Below, piece after piece: positions 11,028 through 20,330 of a stretch of DNA of 64,000 nt. The translations under genes were made by a program, and so were the position numbers. How positions within the stretch are numbered: position 1 is the first letter of the stretch; each line of letters opens with the position of its first letter. The notes under the pieces were generated by a model, which made no database searches, had not been told where the DNA came from, and saw only the letters and a program-made list of their open reading frames with translations. Source of the DNA: an uncultured Candidatus Binatia bacterium (GTDB lineage: Bacteria > Desulfobacterota > Binatia > Bin18); contig OZ241744.1 in NCBI GenBank assembly GCA_965200965.1, forward strand, positions 32,001 through 96,000, written 5' to 3'.

Positions 11028-11093
11028 TACCTACCACACCTGCCCATCCTGTCAAGTCCGCCGCTTGACTCAATTTTTGTTAGCCTCTAAAGT
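11028..11093. promoter_or_regulatory. back-to-back sigma70-like promoters for the 5S/tRNA unit (-) and gspF (+)
   Basis: Plus strand TTGACT(11065)-17 nt-TAAAGT(11088). Minus strand TTGACA (11055-11050) with a weaker TAGGTA about 16 nt on. Confidence 0.6.
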
Positions 11094-11105
11094 TTCAGGA
11101 CGCAC

Positions 11106-12338
11106 ATGCCACAATTTCACTATCAGGCGACAACCCCCCAAGGAAAAATTATCAAGGGAGTCATGGACGCTGGCGCAGAGCGGGTGGTCGTCTCGCGTTT
11201 GCACGACCAAGGCTATCTGCCCCTGAAAATACACCTGCCGGACCAGACGACGGGGAAGCTGACCGGCCTGCGTCTGACCCTCCCTGTCCTGCCGGGTCAG
11301 GGCAGGGTACGCCAGCGGGACTTGTTACTGGTGACCCAGGAGTTGGCGACCTTGCTGTCCGCGGGTCTGCCGCTTGACCGCGCGCTGTCCGTTCTGACCG
11401 GACTGACCAACAGGGCCGAGTTACGCCAGGCAGTGGAGCAGATCCTGCGCCATGTGCAGCGGGGCAAATCCCTGGCCGAAGCCCTGGCCGAATATCCAAA
11501 AATTTTTCCGCCCCTGTATATCAATATGATCAAGGCCGGTGAGTTGGGCGGCTTTCTCGATACGGCTTTAGCGCGTTTGGCCGAGTATCTGGAACGTGCC
11601 CAGGAAGTGCAGGATGAAGTGAAATCCGCCCTGGCCTATCCCACTATCCTGCTGAGCGTGGGCGGGGCGGCCATTGTCCTCATGTTCACCTTTGTGTTGC
11701 CAAAGTTTGCGGTCCTGTTTGAAGATATGGGCGAGGCGCTGCCGGCCGCAACCCGCCTCTTGCTGGCGGTGAGTTATTTCGTGCGGGACTACTGGGGGCT
11801 CATGGCCCTGAGTGTGGCAGCGTGTGGGGCCGGGCTGTGGCGCTATGTTGCCAGCCCGCAGGGACGCCTGGCCTGGGATGGCTGGAGTCTGAGGCTGGCC
11901 TTCATCGGCCCATTATTGCAAAAACGCGAGGTTGGACGCTTTGCCCGGACACTCGGAACCCTGCTCCAGAGCGGCGTGCCTCTCCTCCAGGCGATGGAAC
12001 TGGTTGAGGAGGTGGTGGGCAATCAGCGTATCACGCGCAGCCTCACGGACGCGCGGGTTGGGGTTCGAGAAGGTGAGGGCATTGCCGCGCCACTCGGTCA
12101 GACTGGAGTCTTCCCGTCTCTGGCCTTGCAGATGGTCAGTGTGGGCGAAGAAACCGGACGGCTCGATGAGATGTTGATGCAGGTTGCCGAGTATTATGAA
12201 AAAGATACCCACAACCAGCTGCGACGCCTGACCTCACTGGTCGAGCCGGTGTTACTTCTGACTATGGGGCTGATTGTCGGCTTTGTGGTGATTGCTATGC
12301 TGCTCGGACTGTTCAGCGTCAACAATGTCTCATTCTGA
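11106..12338 (+). CDS. gspF: type II secretion system F family inner-membrane platform protein
   Basis: QELATLLSAGLPL, YINMIKAGELGG, ALAYP, VGEETGRLDEML and SLVEP motifs. Confidence 0.92.
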   Translation: MPQFHYQATTPQGKIIKGVMDAGAERVVVSRLHDQGYLPLKIHLPDQTTGKLTGLRLTLPVLPGQGRVRQRDLLLVTQELATLLSAGLPLDRALSVLTGLTNRAELRQAVEQILRHVQRGKSLAEALAEYPKIFPPLYINMIKAGELGGFLDTALARLAEYLERAQEVQDEVKSALAYPTILLSVGGAAIVLMFTFVLPKFAVLFEDMGEALPAATRLLLAVSYFVRDYWGLMALSVAACGAGLWRYVASPQGRLAWDGWSLRLAFIGPLLQKREVGRFARTLGTLLQSGVPLLQAMELVEEVVGNQRITRSLTDARVGVREGEGIAAPLGQTGVFPSLALQMVSVGEETGRLDEMLMQVAEYYEKDTHNQLRRLTSLVEPVLLLTMGLIVGFVVIAMLLGLFSVNNVSF

Positions 12339-12351
12339 GAAAGGAGGACTC

Positions 12352-12813
12352 ATGATGAAGAACGCCGCTCACACGCTCTGGCGTCTGCCGGCCGGTCGAA
12401 CTGCGACGGGGGGTTTTACCCTGGTTGAACTCCTGGTGGTGATGGTCATTCTCGGACTTCTGGTCGCCCTGGTCGCCCCCAACTATATGGGACGGGTGGA
12501 TTCGGCAAGAGAAGACGCCGCTCGCGTCCAGATTGAGAACCTGGGCGCTGCGCTCGACATGTTTCGTCTTGACGTTGGCCGCTATCCAAACTCCCAGGAG
12601 GGCTTGGCCGCCCTGCGTCAGCGTCCAGCCGGCCTCGAGCGCTGGGACGGGCCCTATCTCAAGAAAGATGTGCCCAAAGACCCCTGGGGCGGTCAGTATG
12701 TCTATCGCAGTCCTGGCGAACGGGAAGCCTATGATCTCATGTCCTACGGTGCCGATGGTGTGGCCGGAGGAAGCGACGAAGGCAGAGACATCAACGGCTG
12801 GGAGAACAGCTGA
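12352..12813 (+). CDS. gspG: type II secretion major pseudopilin GspG
   Basis: G|FTLVELLVVMVILGLL prepilin site; LDVGRYP, WDGPYL, KDPWG; AGGAGG RBS. Confidence 0.95.
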   Translation: MMKNAAHTLWRLPAGRTATGGFTLVELLVVMVILGLLVALVAPNYMGRVDSAREDAARVQIENLGAALDMFRLDVGRYPNSQEGLAALRQRPAGLERWDGPYLKKDVPKDPWGGQYVYRSPGEREAYDLMSYGADGVAGGSDEGRDINGWENS

Positions 12814-12871
12814 GCCTGCGGCTCCGAACCCCAGGATTCGTGAGAAGAGGCACGGCCCCTGACTGAAGGCA

Positions 12872-14299
12872 ATGGAGGCAGTGGTGGAACTCGGCGCTGC
12901 ATTTCAGCAGCTCGCCAAGCTGGACTACCTGGATGGGCTGGGGATTGGGATTGGTCCGCGCGAGATGAGTGTCGTGCATCTGGCCAAGCGCTTCTTCCGG
13001 GTCAGTGTGCGGCGGGCGCAGACAGTCCCCCTGCCTGAATCTGGGCCGGAACGCCTGGAGGCCTGTGGACAGGCGTTGAAAGAATTTCTGGCCGCTATGG
13101 AAACTGGCCCGGATCAGGTGGTCTTGTGCGTACCCCGGCAAAGGGCAAGTGTCAGCCGCTTGACGGTGCCCGAGGCGGCTCGGGATTCCCTTGACAGCGC
13201 CATTGGGTACGAAGTTGAGCGGCTCTTCCCCTTCCCCAAAGAAGAGATGTATTACGATTATCTCACCTACCCGGTTGGTGGCGAGGGTGCGCGCCTCGGC
13301 GTTGCCCTGTTCTGTCTGCCCCGCGGTGAGGTTGAAGACCTGCTCGGTGTGCTCTCGGAACTCCAGTTGCGCCCCCACATGGTCACCATCGGCGGCTGTG
13401 CCCAGCTGAGCGCCTTGCTGGCTTGTGCCCCCACGCCCGATGTCTCGTGCGTGCTCATCGGACCGGAAGACGATAAGCTGGAACTGAGTTTCATTGCCGG
13501 CAGACAGCTGGTGGCCAGCCATCTGTTTGCCGCCCGACCCACCGCTGAACCGGACGCCTTGAGCGACCTGGTAGCCCAGGGCGTTGCCCGAAATCTGCCC
13601 GCCGCCGCACCCGACGGCCCCCCCATTTTTGCCTGGGGGACACGGCTGCCCTGGACCGTGGATAGCGGGCACGATCTCAGCGCCCTTGCGACCGTTCGTT
13701 TTGGCATCCCTCCGGAGTCTGGTTTTTCTCCGGCCGCGCTGCCGGCTCTGGGGGCGGCAGTCCAGGCGGTGGGGGAGGTGGCAGGCGGCATCAATCTCTT
13801 GCCCCCCGACAGGCGCGCCCGGCGAGAAAAACGTCTGTCAGCCCTGACCCTGGGGCTGGTGAGCCTCGTCTGTATCCTTGGGTGTACCTGGGCGGTTGGG
13901 ATCACTGTCCAGAACCGCCGGGTGCTGAACGTCCTGACCGCGCAGGTCGAAACGCTCAACCCGGAGATTGAACAGGTTCTGGCCCACCAGTCCGAAGCCG
14001 ACCTCCTGGCCGGCCATATGACGGTCCTCAGTGCAGAGCGGGACACGCGCGTCCTGCCCCTCCTGCGCCACCTGTCGGACACTATCCCGGCCGATATGTA
14101 TCTCACCAGCCTCCACTACAAAGGCGGGAGTATCGAACTGAGCGGGGTGGCCAGGACGAAGCCGGCCTCAGAGCTGGTGACGGCTCTTGAACAGCTTGAA
14201 TGCCTCACCGGCGTTGTTCCCAAAGCCGCGTTTGCAACGACAGCCCAAGGTGAGACCTTCACCCTGAGTGCCGAGGTGGTCCACCCGTGCGGCCACTAG
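12872..14299 (+). CDS. GspL / PilM-PilN-like assembly protein
   Basis: Actin-like N-terminal part, INLLP motif followed by a TM helix and a periplasmic domain (YLTSLHYKGGSIELSG). Confidence 0.8.
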   Translation: MEAVVELGAAFQQLAKLDYLDGLGIGIGPREMSVVHLAKRFFRVSVRRAQTVPLPESGPERLEACGQALKEFLAAMETGPDQVVLCVPRQRASVSRLTVPEAARDSLDSAIGYEVERLFPFPKEEMYYDYLTYPVGGEGARLGVALFCLPRGEVEDLLGVLSELQLRPHMVTIGGCAQLSALLACAPTPDVSCVLIGPEDDKLELSFIAGRQLVASHLFAARPTAEPDALSDLVAQGVARNLPAAAPDGPPIFAWGTRLPWTVDSGHDLSALATVRFGIPPESGFSPAALPALGAAVQAVGEVAGGINLLPPDRRARREKRLSALTLGLVSLVCILGCTWAVGITVQNRRVLNVLTAQVETLNPEIEQVLAHQSEADLLAGHMTVLSAERDTRVLPLLRHLSDTIPADMYLTSLHYKGGSIELSGVARTKPASELVTALEQLECLTGVVPKAAFATTAQGETFTLSAEVVHPCGH

Positions 14300-14919
14300 T
14301 CCACCTCTGGCAGCGCTTCTCCAGGCGGGAACGCCTGCTGCTTGGCGCGGCTGGCGCGTTCCTGCTTGTGGCGGCCGTGCGTTTTGGCGTACTTGACCCC
14401 TATCGGGCCTATGTCCAGCGCCTTGAAGAGCGCCTTGAGCGAACGGCCGATCGAGTCCGCCACATGCGGGAGCGAAAAGACCGTGCTCCCCACCTGGTAC
14501 GCCACCTTGAGGAGTTGCGCCGCCAGTTCATGACCCTGCAAACGCGCTTTATTCCAGAGGCGACCTCCTCCCTGGCCGCGGCCCGCCTCCAGGAGCGGAT
14601 ACAGACCCTGGCCGCCCAGAGCGGCCTCGAGCTGGCTACCACCCGGGTGATGAAAGAGCAGACCATTGGCGAGTTTCGCAAAACGCTGGTGCAGGTCAGC
14701 CTGAGCGGGCCGTTGTCGGCAGTTGCCGCCTTTCTGTCTGGCATTGAATATAACAACGACTGGCTCCTGTCTGTGTCCAGCCTGGAGATACGCAGCCCGT
14801 CCAGGAGCCGGACACGCCGGAGCCGTCGCCGCCAATCGGCGAGCGCTCCCCAGGCCAGGAACATCCTCACCATCACCCTCACCGTTGGGGGGGTGATGCA
14901 GCAGGCTGAAACCTCCTGA
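14287..14919 (+). CDS. GspM / PilO-like protein
   Basis: SRRERLLL + TM helix, coiled coil, LQERIQTLAAQSGL; lies directly after the GspL-like gene. Confidence 0.8.
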   Translation: MRPLVHLWQRFSRRERLLLGAAGAFLLVAAVRFGVLDPYRAYVQRLEERLERTADRVRHMRERKDRAPHLVRHLEELRRQFMTLQTRFIPEATSSLAAARLQERIQTLAAQSGLELATTRVMKEQTIGEFRKTLVQVSLSGPLSAVAAFLSGIEYNNDWLLSVSSLEIRSPSRSRTRRSRRRQSASAPQARNILTITLTVGGVMQQAETS

Positions 14920-14931
14920 AGAAAGCCACCC

Positions 14932-15693
14932 ATGCGAATCCGACGCTTTGTTCATCTGATACTGCTGCTGGGGGCCGGTGGGCTGGCCTGGCAGGTGTTC
15001 GTCGTCTGGAGTCACACTGCTCCGCCACTTGTGACTGATGCGGCTCTCAATTCTGACACCACCCTCCCGTCCTTCTCCCCGGCCGGACCACAGGCGGGAC
15101 AAGAGCTCGTCCAGGTCATTACCGACAAGAATCTCTTTGCTCCCAGCCGCCGACCGCCGCCAACCCAGCCGCCGTCACAACCGTCTGCCCCGGCTGTTCC
15201 GCCGCCCAAGCATCTGAAGTTGGTCGGTGTCTTCATCCTTGGCGAGCGCCGTGAGGCGCTGTTTGCCGATACCTCCAAAGGCGGGAAAGTCACGCGGGTG
15301 GGGTCTGGGGGCACGCTTGACTCCTACCAGCTGGCCCGGCTGACCCATACGGAAGCAACGCTCGCCCTTGGCGCGGGAGGACAGGAATTCAGCCTGCCCC
15401 TGGATGTCCAGAAGAGCGCTGATGCGGCCAAGGCCCCGCGTATCATACCCGCCAGGCCCCGGTTGAATCCTGAAGCCTCAGCAGAGGCACCACCGCTGCC
15501 AACAGGTGCCCAGCCCAGCGGGACGGCCGTCCCCATACCGGGAGAACCCCCGCCACCCCCACAAACCGCCGCGGCCAGCAGCAGCCAGGACGATATCGTG
15601 ACCATTCGGAGAAATATCCGCCGGATGCAACGCCGTCTGCGTGAAATCCGCCGCGCCCGCGCCCTCGAGCGACGTGAGGCACGGGATGGTTGA
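14932..15693 (+). CDS. GspC/GspN-like type II secretion protein
   Basis: N-terminal TM, KNLFAPSRRP and LKLVGVFI motifs, Pro-rich tail; precedes the secretin. Confidence 0.6.
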   Translation: MRIRRFVHLILLLGAGGLAWQVFVVWSHTAPPLVTDAALNSDTTLPSFSPAGPQAGQELVQVITDKNLFAPSRRPPPTQPPSQPSAPAVPPPKHLKLVGVFILGERREALFADTSKGGKVTRVGSGGTLDSYQLARLTHTEATLALGAGGQEFSLPLDVQKSADAAKAPRIIPARPRLNPEASAEAPPLPTGAQPSGTAVPIPGEPPPPPQTAAASSSQDDIVTIRRNIRRMQRRLREIRRARALERREARDG

Positions 15694-17887
15694 GGGGGGC
15701 GCGCACAAGAATACACCAAGACGGCTGCGGGTGGGAGAACGGTGGTCTTTCGGCCTGCTGCGCGGCATGAGCCTGGCGGCGACAGCCGGCGTGTTGTGGT
15801 GGGCTGCCCTGCCTCCCCCGGCCGTTGCTCAGAGCGACCCGGCCGACAGGCAAGCGGCAGTCCGGCTCAATTTTGAAGGCGCTGACATCCGCCAGGTGAT
15901 TCACACCATTGCCGCCGCCTTGGAGATTCACTACATCATCGATCCGCGTGTCCAGGGCCAGGTCACCGTTCGGACGGCCAGCGATATTCCCCGCGATGAT
16001 CTGTTGCCCATTTTCCACCAGATTTTGCGCAGCAGCGGAGTGGCGGCCAAGCGTGTAGGTGATATCTACCATATTGTCCCGGTCGCAGAAGCGAAAACCA
16101 AGACCAGCCTCTCACTATCCCGGCAGTCAAGGGCGGATGATGCGTTTGTCATTGAGATCGTCAAGCTTGAGTACGCGCCCGCCGAAGAGATGGCCAAGGT
16201 CCTCCAGCCGTTTGTCTCGCCCGGCGGCGATGTCCTGCCCTATCCCCGCGCCAATCTGCTGGTGCTGTCTGACCTCGCCTCAAGTGTGCGCCGGCTCAAG
16301 GAGATGGTGGACATTTTTGATACCGATACATTCGGCCAGCTGCACGCCGAGGTGTACCGGATTGAGCACGCCAATGTTGGAGACCTGGGCGAAGAGTTGA
16401 CCGGCCTGCTTGAACCCTATGGGGTCATTACGGCCACCGGTGCCATTGTAACACATGGCGTGTTTGTCATTCCTCTGCCACGGCTCAATGCTGTTGCGGT
16501 CATTGCGTTCAATCCTGAGGTGTTTGTCCATGTTGAAAAATGGATTCAGATTCTTGATGTGCCGCCGGAAAAAGGCGGCGGTCGCAGTGTGCATGTGTAT
16601 GCGGTGGAAAATGCCAAAGCGGTTGATCTGGCCGGCATTCTGGGCGAGTTGTACGGTGGCGGCGGGACGGCCGGCAGGCGTCTGGGCCGCAATCAAGGCT
16701 CTGGCACACGCGGCAGCCTGCGCTCCAGGGGCAACCGCAGCGGCTCGGACGAGAGCCGCCGGCGCGGTCTCGGCAGCGACGGTGAGAGCCGCCGGCGCGA
16801 CGGTGGCGGGCTGAGTGGGAGCGGTGGAACCCAGAGTGTGTTGCTGGCCCCCCAGGAAGGTGAGAAGCCGGTGTTCAAGGAGGAGGTCCGGGTGGTGGCC
16901 GATGAGATCAGTAACTCGCTGATTATTCTGGCTACGCCACGCGACTATGCGATGATCCGGGATGTGTTGCGTCGGCTCGATATCGTTCCCCGGCAGGTGC
17001 TCATTGAGGCTATTATTGCCGAAATCCAGTTGATCGGCACACTCGCCTTCGGGCTGGAATATGCCCTGTCGCAGGGAGGGCTTGAGGGCCTGTTCGGCAC
17101 AAGTGAGGAGAGTGGGGTCGTTGCTGCCGAGACCCCGGCGACTGCCAGCTTAGTCATTGGCAACAGCCCGTTGCTCGCCACCTCAAAGCGGGCGGTGAAT
17201 ATCGGCTCGCAGGGCGTCTTCGGGTTTCTGACCGACCGCGACCAGTTTCTCGCCTTGATCCAGGCCCTGGAGACCCGGCAGCGGGTCAATGTGCTGGCCA
17301 CCCCGTATGTGATTGCGTCCGATAATCGTGAGGCGAGTATCCTGATTGGTGAGGAGGTGCCGATCCTGACCTCGACTTCAACGAGTACGCTGACCGATAA
17401 CGCCCGGACCATCAACAGCGTTCAGTACCGCGATACCGGCAGGATTTTGACAATCCTGCCCCAGATCAATTCGGCTGGTCTGGTCAATCTTGAGATTCGC
17501 CAGGAGGTCAGCTCTGTGGGCCAAGCCGAGTTTGGGCGGACCAACTCGCCCAGCTTTGTGTCACGCGAGGCCGAGACCACGGTGGTGGTCCAGGACGGGG
17601 AGTCGGTGGTGTTGGGCGGCATTATTGCCGACCGGATCAGACGGACCCGCAACGGGGTGCCGTTTCTGATGGATGTGCCGGTGTTGGGCCGCCTGTTCCG
17701 GGTGGATGGTGAGCGGACTGAGCGGACTGAGTTGATTATTCTGATTACGCCACGGGTGATTCGAAGTCGTCAGGAGTTGCAGGCTGTCACCGGGGACTTT
17801 ACCCGGAGGATCAAAACCCTGAAGGAGATGATCGACCGACGCCCGCCCGCGGCGTCCAGCAGTCAGCCGGCTCTGCCTTCTCGGTAA
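15686..17887 (+). CDS. gspD: type II secretion secretin GspD
   Basis: LNFEGADIRQVI, IDPRVQGQVT, QVLIEAIIAEI, VQYRDTG, GVPFLMDVPVLGRLF, RTELIILITPRVI. Confidence 0.95.
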   Translation: MVEGGAHKNTPRRLRVGERWSFGLLRGMSLAATAGVLWWAALPPPAVAQSDPADRQAAVRLNFEGADIRQVIHTIAAALEIHYIIDPRVQGQVTVRTASDIPRDDLLPIFHQILRSSGVAAKRVGDIYHIVPVAEAKTKTSLSLSRQSRADDAFVIEIVKLEYAPAEEMAKVLQPFVSPGGDVLPYPRANLLVLSDLASSVRRLKEMVDIFDTDTFGQLHAEVYRIEHANVGDLGEELTGLLEPYGVITATGAIVTHGVFVIPLPRLNAVAVIAFNPEVFVHVEKWIQILDVPPEKGGGRSVHVYAVENAKAVDLAGILGELYGGGGTAGRRLGRNQGSGTRGSLRSRGNRSGSDESRRRGLGSDGESRRRDGGGLSGSGGTQSVLLAPQEGEKPVFKEEVRVVADEISNSLIILATPRDYAMIRDVLRRLDIVPRQVLIEAIIAEIQLIGTLAFGLEYALSQGGLEGLFGTSEESGVVAAETPATASLVIGNSPLLATSKRAVNIGSQGVFGFLTDRDQFLALIQALETRQRVNVLATPYVIASDNREASILIGEEVPILTSTSTSTLTDNARTINSVQYRDTGRILTILPQINSAGLVNLEIRQEVSSVGQAEFGRTNSPSFVSREAETTVVVQDGESVVLGGIIADRIRRTRNGVPFLMDVPVLGRLFRVDGERTERTELIILITPRVIRSRQELQAVTGDFTRRIKTLKEMIDRRPPAASSSQPALPSR

Positions 17888-18077
17888 CACCGGATGAGCG
17901 GTCTCAGGAGTCCCGGCATGGGACGCGGGGCCGGGCTGGGTCGGAGAGCGTTGATTGCCGGGGCTGCGGGTCATGTGGACGGACGGGAGTACGCCCGACC
18001 GTCATGCCGGACTATGCGAGGGGCGTGGCAGTCCTGATTCCACGGCACCACGCCGTAGGCGACTCCGATTTCAGCGA

Positions 18078-18115
18078 CAAAAAAAGGAGAGGGGGTTCCC
18101 TCTCCTTTTTGTTTT
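18078..18115. terminator. bidirectional intrinsic terminator between convergent gspD and the putative S-layer gene
   Basis: AAAAAGGAGAGGG-GGTT-CCCTCTCCTTTTT perfect inverted repeat with A and T tails. Confidence 0.88.
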
Positions 18116-18211
18116 GACCCAACTGGGGGCCGGGTTGCAGGGTGGCTGAGTGACGCTTAGCGGAGCGTCCCCCGATCGGGGACGGCAACTTCTCCAGTGG
18201 TGTCTGTCCCT

Positions 18212-19516
18212 TTATTGCGGATCAGGCTGGGTGATCCAGCGGAGCGGAACAAGCATGTCGTACTTACCGGAGCTCACATCAAAGAATGAGAAAACGAAAC
18301 CGGTGACGGGAAGCCGTTGCTCACTCATCTGGCTGGTGGGGGTGAAAGCGGTGCTCGCTTCAGGTTCCTTCCCCATATCGTTGGCACCGCCATAGGTCTT
18401 GTTGGTGCTGTTGACGATGCGGAAACTCCCGCCTGTAGCCCCACCGAAGGTAAAGCTAGTGGCCTCATCGTCGTTGCATGTGACCTCGGTCATGTTGTTC
18501 TCCATCATCCGGAATCTGCATATGTTGACGCTCTGATTCAGCCTGATGTTGTGGACGGTTCTGAGGCTGCTTCCCGCTTCGTCAAAGATATACATGCTCA
18601 CCGGGTCAGACATGCTCAATGCGTTCCCATCATCCACCGTTTGATAGTTAAGAACATGGAGACCGGGGAAGGTCACGACAATGTCTGTTGAGGCCCCGAT
18701 GATCGGTTCGGTGACCCAACGACCGATCAGATGACGCTTGTTTTCATCCCGCAGTCTCTGGGACAACACAAAAGGATTGCAATTGGGATCGGTACCGGCA
18801 TCGCAGGGAACGTCGGTCGAGAGAGCAGGATAGACTGCGGCAAAGCCCTCCATAGGAGAGACGAGGTAGCCGATACCCGAGATGTTTCTGGACACACTGC
18901 TTGTCGCCATGTCGCCGCTTCCGGTCATCGTTACTATCGGATACGCATCAATGATGCCCGTCGTATCATTAAGCCTGATGGTCCGATTCTCCATCGTCGG
19001 CGTTGGCAGGCGACTGGCTCCTCCTCTGCTAGCAGCAGGCTGTTGTACCTCCCCGTCACACCCGCCAGGGTTGCCGAGTGTCAGCACGGACCCATCACCG
19101 GCGGCATTGGCACCGATGCCGGCCGTCCATGTGTCGCCCGGCAGGAGACACACATCAAACATGGCCAACTGTTCGGGTCTTCTGTTTACATTGTTGGCCA
19201 GCAATGGCCACTCGTTTGGATCACCAGTAGGGTTATTGGCGCTGCTGGCCTGATCGTCAGTGAACCCAGGCTCGTCCCCACCTCGCACGACGATTCTGAC
19301 AACATTCCTTTTCTGGGTAGCGGGATTGTCCTGGACTCCCAGCGGAGACTGGATACTGATGAGGGTATCCCTCTCGCCTTCTGTGGTCCAGTAGCCGAAG
19401 ATGAGATGACTGCCCACCCCGCTCACCTCCCTTTGGGCCTGCACGGGCCGCGTGGCGAGGAGTAGTGCGCCGGCTACACAGGCCGTAACCCAAGCGTATT
19501 GTCCAATTTTCTTCAT
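18212..19516 (-). CDS. secreted surface protein, probable S-layer subunit (NpdA-like)
   Basis: Sec signal (PVQA|Q); GSHLIFGYWT..DTLISI..VRIVVRG..FDVCLLPGDTWTA resembles the NpdA-type N-terminus as I recall it; rich in T/G/N/D; own promoter and terminator. Confidence 0.6.
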   Translation of the reverse strand: MKKIGQYAWVTACVAGALLLATRPVQAQREVSGVGSHLIFGYWTTEGERDTLISIQSPLGVQDNPATQKRNVVRIVVRGGDEPGFTDDQASSANNPTGDPNEWPLLANNVNRRPEQLAMFDVCLLPGDTWTAGIGANAAGDGSVLTLGNPGGCDGEVQQPAASRGGASRLPTPTMENRTIRLNDTTGIIDAYPIVTMTGSGDMATSSVSRNISGIGYLVSPMEGFAAVYPALSTDVPCDAGTDPNCNPFVLSQRLRDENKRHLIGRWVTEPIIGASTDIVVTFPGLHVLNYQTVDDGNALSMSDPVSMYIFDEAGSSLRTVHNIRLNQSVNICRFRMMENNMTEVTCNDDEATSFTFGGATGGSFRIVNSTNKTYGGANDMGKEPEASTAFTPTSQMSEQRLPVTGFVFSFFDVSSGKYDMLVPLRWITQPDPQ

Positions 19517-19673
19517 ACTGTCTGTCCTCCCTTCAGGATTGTCTGCCTCAAAGCGTTGAGAGCAGCATAGCAGGTTGCGTTCTCATAGTCCATTCCCGCC
19601 CAAAAGTCCAGTACCCGTGTCCTTTGAAACTCGAAACCCACCTCCTTTCACTGCCTCTTCAACGGAATGTCTC

Positions 19674-19702
19674 TGCATAGGGGAAGGCAGAATATGTGTC
19701 AA
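19674..19702 (-). promoter_or_regulatory. sigma70-like promoter of the putative S-layer gene, giving a leader of about 150 nt
   Basis: Minus strand TTGACA(19702-19697)-17 nt-TATGCA(19679-19674); GGAGG RBS before the ATG at 19516. Confidence 0.55.
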
Positions 19703-19743
19703 GCAGATATTGTGCAAGCCTGAGGCCTGCTGACGCGCCTGGA

Positions 19744-20208
19744 TCATTTTTTCCTGGAGATGCCCCTGCGGCGCGGGACATGATACCACACTTCGCCCGC
19801 TTTCCGCCAGGTATCTGTTACGAAGGTAGATGTGATCATCGGGCCGCCGCCAAAGGGGGGCGTGTACTCATATTTCAGACGCAGTCTCACCTTCGCCTCC
19901 CGGACGGATGGGTCAAGTTGCAAAGCCTGCGGGTCAAGCACGGAGACTTCTTTGATTGTGACGCCTGAGCGCGGGCGGGCCAGGGATATTGTCTCTCCAC
20001 GCTGTTTGTGCTGATCGGGGTGTTCGTACTGGAGGGCGAGCGGTATGTCGTTCTCAATCCTGGCCCGCCAGTAGGCTTCAAGCCGCGTTTGCAGGCTGTC
20101 CGGGGCGGTTTGCGGGGCCGGCGCAGGGGCTTTGAGGCCGGCACAGGCTGACAGGGCGGCTGACAGGCTCAGGGTCATGGAGAGCAGGGTTCTTGCAGCA
20201 CCACGCAT
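19744..20208 (-). CDS. lipoprotein of unknown function
   Basis: Lipobox LSA|C; LQTRLEAYWRARIENDIPLALQYE and DTWRKAGEVWYH suggest an NTF2-like fold. Confidence 0.75.
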   Translation of the reverse strand: MRGAARTLLSMTLSLSAALSACAGLKAPAPAPQTAPDSLQTRLEAYWRARIENDIPLALQYEHPDQHKQRGETISLARPRSGVTIKEVSVLDPQALQLDPSVREAKVRLRLKYEYTPPFGGGPMITSTFVTDTWRKAGEVWYHVPRRRGISRKK

Positions 20209-20330
20209 TATGGTCAGAGTAGCAGTTTTGGAGGGTCGGCGTCAATTGCCGGCAGCGCGGGGCCATGTCTTGCGGTGCTCGCTGTTTTCGGCTATGAGTG
20301 GCAGGTCTTTCTGCTCCCCTGTTTCCGGCC

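Noticed and set aside
16655-16830. Gly/Arg/Ser-rich segment with a short repeat (GAGAGCCGCCGGCGCG twice) in gspD
   Set aside because: Low-complexity loops in the secretin N3 domain are common.
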